Source: Balanoglossus misakiensis
Lineage: Eukaryota; Animalia; Hemichordata
Assembly: GCA_040954595.2 (NCBI GenBank)
Contig: CM082586.2
Coordinates: 1,741,124-1,805,123, forward strand
Reading direction: 5' to 3'
DNA: 64,000 bases
Every line of letters starts with the position of its first letter. Positions within the stretch are counted from its first letter, which is position 1. Shown in pieces: positions 25,401 to 37,900 of this stretch. The notes under the pieces were generated by a model, which saw only the letters and a list, made by a program, of their open reading frames with translations, was not told where the DNA came from and did not search any database. The position numbers were made by a program, and so were the translations under genes.

Positions 25401-28400
25401 AAGTTAGACTGCGAAATCAAAACGTCAAACTGTGTTGTCTGGCTAAGGGGAATCCACCACCATCATACTACGAATGGTAAGCAAACCAAATCCCCTTAAA
25501 TTAATTTCAAATATCAAATGATCTTTTTGACAATTAGTAAAGTTATTATAACTGTTAAATATTACTCTCATCGAAACTGGAATAAAACTTGCGCTTTTGA
25601 CTACCGCAAAAAAACATGAAACCCCTGTCAATAATTTCATGTCAACTGAACCATACTGAAATTCTGTTGTCGGCGTGTTTTCATGTTGATAGGCTCAAAG
25701 ATGACGTCATCCTGGATGACGAAATATACACCTACACCAATACGTTAATCTTGAATGACCTGAAAGACGAAGATGGCGGGAGGTATAAGTGCAGAGCCAA
25801 TGGACAGGGAGGGTCGCAGTATTCTGAACCTGCATCTTTGACAATTATAGGTATGTACACTCGATCATAAGGCAGGGTTGTACAATATACAAAAGTAGGA
25901 TCCATCACTCCGAAGATTTCGCTCATGTCTACATTTCCTCTGACTCTGACATTAATGATTGCATCTTTATTCAGAATCAGCCGAGTCTATTTGCAGTCCT
26001 TCACCACAGAAGAAGCTCCTGAAACTCCCAGAAGATTGCGAGACGGAAGATGGTTCGAACTACTACAACATTGGCAAATGCATGTCCAGTCAGTGCCCTA
26101 CCGATAATGCTGATGATTGCATCGACTTGCAGAGATACTGTTGTGGGCCTTTGGTAAGCCAGACCTTCAATATATCTTGCAGAGCATTTTCGATTCCGAT
26201 TAAAACTGTAACAGAGTGCGGATGCGTTCCTTGTGGCAGACAGACTATTAAAGTTAGAGGCAGAGCAATCGCTGCAGATGATGGAACTCCACTGAATTAT
26301 GGGTACGTCTACGTCGAAAAGGAATCAGTCGATAGAACAAACAGCAAAGGCGAGTTCAGTTTCGAAGTTCCAAAAGATAAAAAGCGCGTGTCGGTTACTC
26401 TAAAATCCCGCAAGACTGATGACTTCGTTACAACCACTAAAGTGTTCATGCTTAGTGAAGACACCAGCGTTTATCATACAGTTTATTTGCAAAGACGAGC
26501 TCCCCCTGTAACACTAGATGGCAGTGTCGACTCCAACATACCCTTAGGAACAAACGAAGAACAGTCCAGCACAACACTCTTCATACCAGCTGGATCATTC
26601 TACAAGGAAGACGGTACACAGTACACAGGCAATGTACAGGCTAGCCTAACACAAACCAATCTCAGCGACCAGTCACCAATCGACACAATCCAAAGTGACC
26701 TATCAACCCGGAATGCTGAGGGTGAACAAGTCCCCCTGAAGACATTTGGGATGTTTTCCATGCAGTTCGCTGACGACAGTGGCGATCCACTCAGAGTCGA
26801 GGGAGACATGAAGGTTTTCATCGATGCAGAGAAGGCAAACATTGACACATCTGCCGCCGAATTGCCGCACCTGTGGTTTCTGAACGAACAGACTGGAGAA
26901 TGGGAAGACATTGGGAGTCTTCAAGTGTCCCAAGAACGACGCCGAAAGCGGCAATCTGAAACGGAAGATTTTTTGGTTGGTAACATCAATCTGGTTGGTT
27001 ACGACTTGACTAATTTACCCGTGTGTAACATTGATCAGATTGAGTACGGTCATCGTATATGTTATTTGAAAGTTAGAGTCTACACAGACGACTCGATGAC
27101 TGAACCATTAGAAGGAGTGAAAATTACTGCAATTACAAATGATCTGGTCGTACGTAACAGATATGCACCAGACTTTGAGTCTGGTAGGTTCAGCTTCTTC
27201 TACACAGCGACAACTGGGTCAGATGGTTCTGCCTGTGTGATGACATTTTGCGCTCGGGACAATTCACTGTTTTCTGTCAACATCAAAGCTGAATATGGAC
27301 AGTCCACCTTGACACCCATCCATCCAAACAACGTACCACAGGACAAACACCCGGCAGAATGGCCGCAAGACCTGTTGGACACGTTTACACTTCCTCAAAG
27401 TCCAGGAGATGAGACGGGATGGATAACAATGGGAGGACTGACACCACAAATGGCCTATACTCTGTCCGAGTATGCAGACAGATATTTGGATGATGATTGG
27501 GCATATTGGTATTATTGGGATGATGATGACTATGAATGGAATGAATGGAACTATAGGAACTATGACTATGAAAGAATCGAGTCAAGAGACCTGGGTCCTT
27601 TCTACTGGCAATGGTGGAATTATTACACTGCAAAGGACAGATGTGTGGATGCAAACTTAACAGAAAATCATCTAGTATTTGTCCCTCCGACAGAAGAGGG
27701 CCTTTATGAATATGAGTTTGAAGAGTACGACATCAATAGCGTCGACGACCAGGAGAGGGACCGCACTGTATATTCATGGTATCCCTATGAGAACGAAGAT
27801 AAACGTGTCTGTTTCATCAAGTTGTTGGTGGAGAGCGCCAGCAGTGAGCGGTTTTCAGTGGTCAGTTACGGTGGTGGACATCCAAGCCTTGACAGCAATA
27901 CTATGTATGGTTTGAGGATTGATGATTCCAAGCCGGACCCACCTGTCCCTGCCATATCCCCGAACACGGCTGCTTGCATTGAGTTTAAATGTAGTGGTTA
28001 CCTAAGAGAAGGAGATGCATTTGATACCAACCACCTTCCTGATGCTGACCTGACTGTCTTAGAAATATCGCCTTCAGGTCTGTCTTGGTCAGGATGCCGT
28101 TTGAAGGGAAACTTGTCAGGCAGCATATACCAAGATGCCATAAACTCCAACCTGGTTGATTTCATCAACGACCATGGCTTATCATCACAAGTCGAGCTTG
28201 GCAGCCAGTTCAAGAAAGTACGATTTCAGGTGCCGTTTGTCGACATTCCTGACTACACGACGGGAATCTACGTTTCCAAGGGTGATGGGCGAAACGGATT
28301 TGCAGATGCACTAGAGAATTGCAACGCTGGAAGAGATACAGCCTATCTTGATTCTAATCCAGCTCCTGATCCCGATTCTGCTTGGGCTATCGCGTATGTC

Positions 28401-28409
28401 TGTGACTAA
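22497..28409 (+). CDS. CILP: Cartilage intermediate layer protein (CILP)-like: N-terminal TM, TSP1, carboxypeptidase-regulatory-like, Ig and CILP C-terminal region, ~1148 aa
   Basis: Exons 22497-22662, 22765-22854, 23884-24045 (TSP1 WSTWGEWSACDVTCGGG...R.R.C), 24698-25024, 25368-25476 (NPQSKVRL..LCCLAKGNPPP.YYEW), 25693-25850 (Ig GRYKCRA), 25975-28409 (LKLPEDC, RYCCGP, VTECGC, PLKTFGMFS, LWFLNEQTGEWE, furin RRRKR, CYLKVRVY, ACIEFKCSG). Total length 3447 nt stays in frame. Attachment of the first two exons is less certain than the rest. Confidence 0.88.
24417..24545. repeat. ~130-bp palindromic (fold-back) element in a CILP-like intron
   Basis: AGGTTATTACGAAAATACCGCAAAGTATGCACTCGGACATTAGCGC pairs with GCGCTAATGTCCTCGTGCATACTTAGCGGTATTTTCGTAATAACCT: ~46-bp arms with 3 mismatches. 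Confidence 0.85.
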
Positions 28410-30730
28410 GTTCACGGTATCCTAGAAACCTACTTCTCTCAATCCAGAAAGAACATTTATGAGCACTGAGCGCGGACCGGTAAGCCTGACCAATCAAAAC
28501 GATGTCGATACAAATGTACACTTTAAAATTAACACTTAAAAAGTAACTACCATTTGAATTATTATTAGGACATAAAATAACATCTTCTGTCTTCACCTTT
28601 CCCCAGCGTCTATACAGATGAGAAGATTTCAATTTATAAATATGATTTGATAATAACAAATGCACAGTGTGACCAATAGTGAGAAACAATGATGATAGAT
28701 CCTTCAAGTCCCAGTTTCCTTGGATCAGTTCATCAGACACTTTTCACACAACTCGTATTTTTAGTGTTCAACATTTTCAATATTTATCCTTTTTGTTATC
28801 CACAGTTCGATTTTGAATTTTATGAATTTGATTTTTGATAATTTTGTAAAGTGTTTGGTGTAAAATTTTGAAAGTCTTGATTTGTGTTTGTGCGTGTGCA
28901 TGTGCGTGCATTAGTCGACTCCAGTGTCAGAAAAGGCGTACATCGAACCATCCCATAGCGCGCAAGAACACAAAACCAAGTTGAAACGAAGACAATGTTT
29001 TAAGAAGAATGGCCAATTAAAACAAAATCATAAAAATGTCAAAAGTGAGCGATATTTACTCCTTAAATGTCAACATAAATGCGTTTCACATTAACTTCGA
29101 TTTCAGTGATACCGGTATTATTGGTATTTTGTACAGACGTGACTAAGTATACTCTCGAGACTAAACCTTTTTTTCTCTGTGTCGTGTGTATATACAATGA
29201 TTTTGAAATAAAGTCGTAACAATGAGAATAGACAGTCCGGCTTTGTGAAATATGTAGAGGGTTTGCAGTTTACAGTTCAGAACTGAGCTGGTGTTCGAAC
29301 TACTTTGTACACACAGCGCATGTCAGTTTGTATCCGTCCTCGTACGGGCCAGAACAGGGCACCGAACTCTTCGCCGGAGAGCATCGAGCTTCCACGTTGA
29401 ATATGCGTCAGCGCTAAGAATTCTGGGAAATACGAGCTTGTTATAAGTCCATCGGCGGAGAATGTGTCCGCCGGGCGTCCGTGCATGTCATATACCGCCG
29501 TTAGTGGCGACATTAAAAAAATCAAAACAGGAGCTTACTGTCCGTGTTGTCTCAGTTTTTATGCAAAATGAACCTTTTGACCAACAGCATGAACAGGTGC
29601 GAACTGTCTGGAAATATACGCGCACATTATGGGGTCAACGCTCGGGTCAACAAACTGGAGCGTCTACGTTGCACATCTGTCAAGAGTGCACGCGTAATTC
29701 ACCAATCACAAGCGCCGTGGTCTGCCTGTTTCAGTGTGGATAGTAATTGACCAATCAGAATAGCCTGGCTATAAATTGTGGGGAGGGGTCTTAATTTGCA
29801 TGACCAATCACACAATCAGTGACATCGCTCACTATGTCGGCGCAAACGGTCAGGGTCGTTTGTTCGCACTGCGATTTCTATTTTACGAAACGCAGAAATT
29901 CTGATCAACTGCGGTATTATCGTGTGTTTTTTGGGCTAGGATGAGATACAAGAGGATTTTTTTCTGTACACGTCGCACTATTTTATTGGTTCGAAGTTTC
30001 AGTGATTTGAACTGGCTTCATGTCCACTCCACCGCTCCCTCCGCGTGGGCGATGATCTCTGACTCCCTCACCGTCAGACTGAAGATGTGAAATCTCCGTA
30101 TAGAATCTCAATTTTCGCGGCTCATTAAATGTACCTAGTCCAGGATCGACCTTCAAGCACTCGACAAAATTCATCACCAGGGTAAGTTCTTTCGTTTTGC
30201 ATTTTTTTTTCGAATTCAACATTGGTGAAAATTACCTGAATCATGATTATGTCCAGTTTCCTTGGTCACTATATATTTCCCGGGTTACACTGGATAATTG
30301 TAAATTCTAAAAATGTCAATGTGAAGAATACTCGGGAATCACTCACTCTGACACAATCACCATTATATCTTCATCGTTACAAGACACTTTTGAAACAGCG
30401 ACGCTGTACGTACACTGAAGTTGTCAAGTTGGTTGATAGTCAGTCTTGTTAACTCGAGACTAGTGTTTAAATACAAAATATTTTATTCATGACGAACGAA
30501 TAGATAACATACAGACGTGCATAACAGAAGGTATACAACAAACATGACACGTTTCGTGAGAGAAAACTTTCAGGTACATCAAAACTCGGCAAATAATATT
30601 AACTCTTAGGACGTCGGGCACGCTGGCACGTTAAGGTGGAATTATTGCTCTCAGCTTTCGAACGGAGTTTTTCAGGCTTCGGAAAAAATGCCTTGAAGTT
30701 CATGTTGTCAGAAATGGGAACATTTGGCAA

Positions 30731-32829
30731 TCATTTGGAACATACTGCGCAGGTCAGTTCAGCGCCGTCGACGTAAGGTCCATCGCAAGACATCGCACTT
30801 TTCTTGGCGGAGCACCGCCCTTCCACGTTGAAGATCTCGTTGCCCTGAAGAGAGCGACCCGAGAATGACAATTTCACCGATTTCGTGTCTATGCAAATGT
30901 ACTCCGAGGTGTAGCTGCGAATGGCTGAGCGCTGGGCGGCCAGCATGCCGTGGTATTCCAAGTTCCAGGTCTCGTCTGGGCAAATGTTTCTGGCAGGCAC
31001 CATGATTATGCTGTTGCGGTTCGGTGTTCTGCACACGGCGCAGGGGGCGTTACCCTTGAATGTCCGGGCCAGTCTCTTCGAGCCGGTCAGTCGGGCGTAC
31101 TGACTGTGGTACAGATAAGCCCTGTCTACCTGAACGTCATCGACGACGACATCGTCATCGTAAATCGGATCTTCAGGCATGCACAGAAAGTCGCTGCCGC
31201 CCCCTTGGTGAACAGATGACGTACCGGCGACGAAACCTGAAATAAGTAGAATAAAATTACTTGAAGTAAAGTCAAGTTACAGCTAATGTGCCTTTAATGC
31301 CAATGAATATCTGATAATTTTGATCCCATATGACGAAGGAAAATGACGGGAATTTTAACTTACCGCTGTAAACAAGTTCAACGCCTACAGGACAGTCGTA
31401 TCGTCCATAGCGAACGTAAGTGGCGCCCACCAAAGTAAAGTTGCCTAGAGAAAAATCGTGCGGACAAGTTCAGTGGGAGTAAGTGTGGTATCGTGCATTT
31501 TAAAATGATTTTTATGGCCACACCATGATAAAAGTCTGATCAATTACCGTAGCAACAGGTTGCTTGCTAAATAATACAAGTCAAAACTAGAATGGGTGCA
31601 GGGTTTTTTAACAACAACTTGTGTACCCCCTTTTCACACCGTGGTCAAACACTCACTTTTCTTGCAAGATTCCATGTGATTCCCGATGCCACAGTACTCA
31701 ATTCTCGTGTCTTCACGCATGGTGAAACACCAGGGAGAGTTCGCTCCATCCGGGTTCCTGCAGTTACTATGGTTACCAATGCCTGCCTCGATCTCGGCGG
31801 GAGTCTCTCCTGTGAAGTACAGATGGCTATGCGGGCTCTGTTCCATCCAGTTTTGACATTCTTGTCCGTTCGCCGTGTGACCACAGCTTCCGCGATAGTC
31901 GGAGCCATCAGCCTCTGTATAGCATTCCTGCACTAAGAAACAATTTATCATTCATCAAGTTCCGTTCAGCGCATTAGTAAAAAGTGCACTAGACATTCTA
32001 TGGCATCAAAGATTACGTGTAATCTATATATAGTAGGTGGAATAACTGCAAGAACAAATGCAATGGAGCCTACTTACTTTCAACCATGTGAGTTGCCCTC
32101 ATCATGACGTCATTGAGTGCCGTTTGGCAATCGCAGGTGGAGGGAGAGGATCTCCGTGGTCTGGATCGTTTTTCCTTTTCCGAAAGTTTTTCCAGGTGTT
32201 TCACCCTTTCCTGGAATTAAAAACAAAATGGCCGACGTGTGTGAAGCCCGATTTGAAGATTTTTAAAGTGTAAAAAAGATAATGGCTTGTCAACTGTGTT
32301 GTGCACTTTTCTGCGTCATCCGAGAGATTCCTTTACTCAACACCATGCTATTAGATAAATTTGCAACATATATACTGATTCCCGAGTACAAACCGAACTG
32401 TAAAATATTGTACACCAACGGTATAATTACTCGAGACAGTATTTTTGCGTCACGCCGAACGTTAAAACACAGCAGTTTTTAGTTGATTGTCTACGACAGA
32501 CTGACGTGGCGCATATTTCACATGATAAGTAAATGTATTTCGCTTTTTTCAGTTTATCAGCATCACACCCTTTTCTGCACACAAGCCAGTCAACTCACCA
32601 ACATGTCTCGTAAGAGGTCCATCATTTGAGCGTCCTGTTCGTCGTGCGCCACGCGGATTCCATCACTCTCGTCGAAGGGTTCGCGCGTCCATTCCTCTCT
32701 GCCAAAATCCAAAGCCTTTTCCCAGTTGACATCAGCGGCCGAGGACTGCGGCGAGTCGAGCTCGAGCAGCAGAGCGAAAAGTACGACAAGAACCGTCATC
32801 TTCAGAGATAATGGATATCGACCACCCAT
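30731..32829 (-). CDS. Secreted kringle + spongin short-chain-collagen-like NC1 protein, paralog 3, ~408 aa
   Basis: Exons 32599-32829 (alternative ATG at 32799), 32078-32210 (RPRR|S, CDC), 31657-31932 (kringle), 31364-31444 (TYVRYGRYDCP), 30731-31236 (NC1, ends LTCAVCSK). Same five-exon structure and phases as paralogs 1 and 2. Confidence 0.9.
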
Positions 32830-34935
32830 TCCCAAACGCGTGACTGCCGTGATCCGGGAAAGAGAACTGACTGAGAGACCCCCCAGGAAACCCGTGTGAT
32901 ATTTGAATAGAGTAACGCCACGTGTTGAAACTCTATCACCATATTTGGTCATGCTAGTAGTAGTACACCTGGTGGCGAAAAAGTGCCACGGTATAGGCGG
33001 TGCTCGGAAACATCTCGGGTCTCATTGAAGCACTAGTCGACCAGCATATCTGGTTTCGCAACAAACTCAAGCAAATCCGAAAGAGGTTGTATGCATGCTT
33101 TCTACACTCTTGTGTTTTATTGAATCAATGCTGGTGAAATTGTCGTCCAGTAACTAGCATGATAATAATTCAATAATTAAGAAACTTTTCAACCGAAAAA
33201 AAAGAAAACACAATTCTACAAATGATTCACTCCATGGGCACTTTGCGAGCTGAAAAATTCTAATAGGGAAATACATGTATAACTTATTCTGGCATTTCAA
33301 TTTACATGACAATTTCTAGAAATATGGAGTGCAGCTATCCCTGGACATTTACTTTATTTTTGGCCTAATTTTCAACTGTTTCCTGAGCAGCTGCCCTCGT
33401 AGACAATAATTGCAACTTCTACGCCCAAAATTCAAGACAGTGCATTCTCACTACGTCACTTCCTGGAACAGCGCCCTCTATGTCTTGATTCGCCAATGAA
33501 ACCCTTTCGTTATCATTTTCCTATGAAATACAACATCGGGCACAAACAATAACTATCTTTTCAAACAAGCACACAAAACTGTACACCTTTCATTTTAAAT
33601 ATAAGATAACCAATGGAAAACAGTCATGATTAGCATAATCAGTTCTTATAAGGGGTGGGACTAAGTTTTGTTACCCCAAGAACACAAATGCCAAAATCGC
33701 CCTCTATATAGATAATATATAGATACACAGTGATACAAAGTAAAAGATGATCAGTGATGATTTTGCTGTTACAGATGACAGCTTTGATATTGCTTGTGTT
33801 AAAGAATGTGTTACACAGTACATTTAACAGACCACTAAAACATTTCTAGGTGTGCTGATTTCAACAGTGCAGTTTAACAACTTTTTTCGTTTTTTTCCTA
33901 TGTATTGATTTTAATAATGCCCAGTCTTCATATAATCTTATACTACTAGACATGAAAAACTAGAAAAATGATTCAATAAATACCTTACCACATGGAAGTC
34001 AACACAACTAAAAAAAAAGCCTGGAACAGCCTCAGAACCAATGTAATGTATCGAAGTGGCATTCAAGTTTGAAAGAACTACTACAAACTGATACAAGATG
34101 ACTGAGAATATGAAATGTTCTTCCTTCAACAAGTGAAGAAACTTTCTTTCAAGAATAAAATGAAGAAACTGTAGCAATAATCATGTATTACTTTGGCATA
34201 TCTGATTCCAAAATGTAATATACCCCAAACCCCCATTAGAATATTTCGGGAATTTCTATCAGATCCTCTGATTTTAAATTTCAATAAAGTGATTTGATAA
34301 TCTGGCAAGGCAATGGTCCAAAGGTTTATTACACAAGACACTTCACAGTGAAGAAAGAAAACCATCTACACGTCTATTTTCTATATACCTAGGTATTAAG
34401 AGAAACATATTGCGGCAAAATGGCACCTATTTAGGAAAATTCATGATGATTTCAACATCTACTGAGTCTTTTCAAAGCTAACTAGTATGTACAGCTTGCA
34501 TTTTCCTTCTCTGTGGTTCTATTAATTGGTATTGACTGACATTGGGTCTGGTGGCGGCCATGTCACATGTGTCCCTGTTCTAAATCAGCTGTTGATTTCT
34601 TGTGACCAATTACAATAATATCGTGGCTTGGGCGGATTTTTGGTTTTGACATCCTGCAATTCACAGCAAAATTTTGAAAGATTTCAACCATAATTGTTTT
34701 CCACAACAATGAAAGACCGATCAAACTGGACCCAACTAAAATACCCCACACTCCCAATTCCCCCATGGTTTTGCCCTACAGATCGTAGTTACACACTGTG
34801 GCTATTCCATATTTAACAAATCCTGGGGTGAGTGGGTGGAGTTGAAATACCACAGGGACACACTGACATGGCAACATCACCACACAATCCTCCATCTTAT
34901 GCCTGTATACTGACATATGTGTGTTTTTTTTTCTT

Positions 34936-37900
34936 TTACAAGGGGATTTTATCTTCCGGTAGTTTGGTCTGGGCGCTGGGGCTGGCGAGATCGGCTTCAT
35001 CCTGTTGCTGGTGCTGCTGTTGGGCTGTACTGTTCAGAGCGTCTTCAAAGCTGGAGTCAGGAGCAGTGCCCTCTTTGGGAGAACCAACTACCGCTGTCTG
35101 CAAAGAGTCCAGGAAAATTGAATATGTAAGTGATGTTTTACTGATGCTTGTGAGGTGCACACACACACACAGATGAGTTCACGCTGCACATCACAAATAC
35201 AAAACTGTACCTAGAAACTGCCATGAACAACACTAACCTTGACAGTGGATGCAAATGATGTTGTCTTTTCCTCGAATGATTTGAAAGCAGTTGAATTCCT
35301 GTAAGATTTGAAAAATGGTATGTCAGATACAAGTACAGCAGGGAAACTTTAAACATTTTCATTTTCAAACAAAAATTTCTGTGCTGCAAAGTTGCTGCAG
35401 ATATCCCATAATACTTACTTGAGTTCTCCCATCTTTCTGCTGACTGATGATCCAAAGGTAGTGAAGGCTGCTCCTGTCTTCTGACCGGCTGTGCTAAGTC
35501 CTGCCTTAGTCTTGTTGTAACTGTGAAAGTAATTTTGGATCGTGAGCCAACATGACAGAAATGCTATGGTGTCTTCTGGAACACATCACAATGTGAGTTT
35601 ATCACATTGTTGTAATGAAAGTAAATGACACATTTTAGCATTGCATATGAAATGACATATGGACATTGTTGCAAATCTATAACTGAATTTCTGTCTCCAT
35701 AACACCCTAGGGGAATTTAAGTCATTGACAACCAAAGAACAGTATGCACTGGAACTGTTGTCAGCTTCAAGTGACAATGGTGGGGAGAAACATATTTCTG
35801 AATGATCTGGTGATGACTGGTCGCACTCAGTAACGATGAGTAAAATCTGTAAAGCATGAACTGCTGAAAAGCAAAATGGTTACAGAGAATGCACAAATCA
35901 TATACAGTGTACATGTAGTGAATAAGACTGTTAGGGTTAGGGATTTCTATGTGTTAATTGTGTTAAGGGCAAGAAGCATGTACATGTAAATGTCACCAGG
36001 TTTACCCAGTTCCCAACTGGCATGGCTGTGTAATTTGTCAAGTTCATTTATCTGTCTTCCTAAATCTTAACACAAACGCTGTGCAAATTAGCAACTGACA
36101 ACATGTTGGGTGAGAGCACTGACAATTAAGCCACGCACAACTTAGCACATACAGGCATGCCCATGCGATACGTGTGCTGGTTTTCTGAACTTTCAGAATT
36201 GCCTTACAGCTAAACTGAACACAGAAACGTCAGAGTACAACACAGTTATCGACAGGACAAGAAGAAACAAAAATATAACTGTATCCATAGTTGACCTAGG
36301 TGTCAAGTTTCATGTCTACATGTATATGCACAACTGAATCCATTTTGAATTTTATGACATCATTCAATGACATGTACAACACCTGTCACAGAAACATAAT
36401 GTATTTTATCAGGGTCATATTTTGTGTGCCCCATTGAGAACTAGCAAACAACTGTCCCCAGTAAGCAAAGATAACAGGAACTGCTGCTTCGGAATTATCA
36501 ACTTTGCTGTAGATGTTGGGAGACTGTCGAGTTATAGACTTTGGAATGGGGAAATGTCACAACAGGGGTACGGGTGGGGTGACTAATGTTATATGGAAGA
36601 TCCTATTCTTGCCATTAGGGCCTTTATCATCTGTGACAGAAATGATGTAAGTGTTACATGGATCTTTTAGTAAAAACACTCAAAAAAGTACAGTATCTGA
36701 CAGTGGTACTAGTACCACACTAATTCTAACTCTCACACAGTCAGATCCAAAACTAAAAAGATAGGAGACATGACAAGACAATGACAGAAAAAAAATCCAA
36801 AAAATGTTGTACATGTACATGTATGTTGTAAGATCACTTACGCATCCGAACTAGTCACTTGTTCATTCCAATTTGTCAATTTCTCATTAGTTTTCTGATA
36901 CCTGGAAGAATTGGGTAAGGGTTTGTAAAATGCATGGGGGAGGGGGGGGGGGCACCTGGGAGTTGTTTTCAATGCTTCAGCGCTCTCCATCCTTGCTCTG
37001 TAGTCTAATGATTCAATGGGACAGCGATGTTGACATACATGTATACTGATGAACGACAGATGGGGACAAGTGAAGTACTTGAAGTTCAAATTAAGGACAC
37101 ACTGAAAACGAAACAAGACAAAAACTACAGACATAAAATGAACGAAGGCCAAATTAATAGCAGCACAAATATGTGAAACGTTTACAGAGCACATATAGCA
37201 AGCACAGAATTCTCTATTGCTACTCGCATGCACACAAAAGTATAATTATATGTGTGAGAGCAGATCTAATTGGAAAGGAACATGAACATTGATGTACTAT
37301 CTGAGTAATTAAAATGAAGATCTTCACAAAATGAAAATGCAAAACTTGTTTAAAGCTACCACAAACAATGTCATTGCCATCTGAAATTAAATGCAACTAT
37401 TAAACACATCAATGTCTGTGTGTGATGAAACCATGATGTGGACCCAAAGCATCCAATCAGATCATTATGATATACAGTACATGAACACTGAAAAGTTGCA
37501 CAGGGGATAGGCTTGCCTTGTAGTTGTACACAACCATGTATTTAAACTGAACCCTCCCAAACCAAAGCACCATTCCCCTTTCCTGTTAGATATCATTAAG
37601 CCCTTTATTCAGATTTCAACCAAATAACTGTTTCGACCAAAATGCCACATTGAGACATACAAGAAATTACAGAAAGAGGAACTCACGCAGAAGACTGTTG
37701 GATATGGCTCCAGCTATCACGGACGTTCTTCTGGAGTTGATTCAGGGGGGTCAGTCCTAACTTCTGTTTGAGTTCATGAACTCGCTTCTCTTTGGCCTGC
37801 AGCACTTGTTTCAGCGTGGCTATCTCTTCCTCTGTCTGTGTGTTAGATTTTTGAAAAAAGAATTATCTGTAAATTTGTGCACAACTTTGAGCAAGTGGAG

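Noticed and set aside
29230-30240. GC-richer intergenic block with repeated CCAATCA motifs as a promoter or gene
   Set aside because: It lies between two convergent 3' ends with no credible ORF. It is likely repeat-derived, but I could not define termini.
34563-34766. Alternative terminal exon of TPD52 (acceptor near 34653)
   Set aside because: A TTGCAG acceptor is present, but no family similarity supports it. It is probably 3' UTR.
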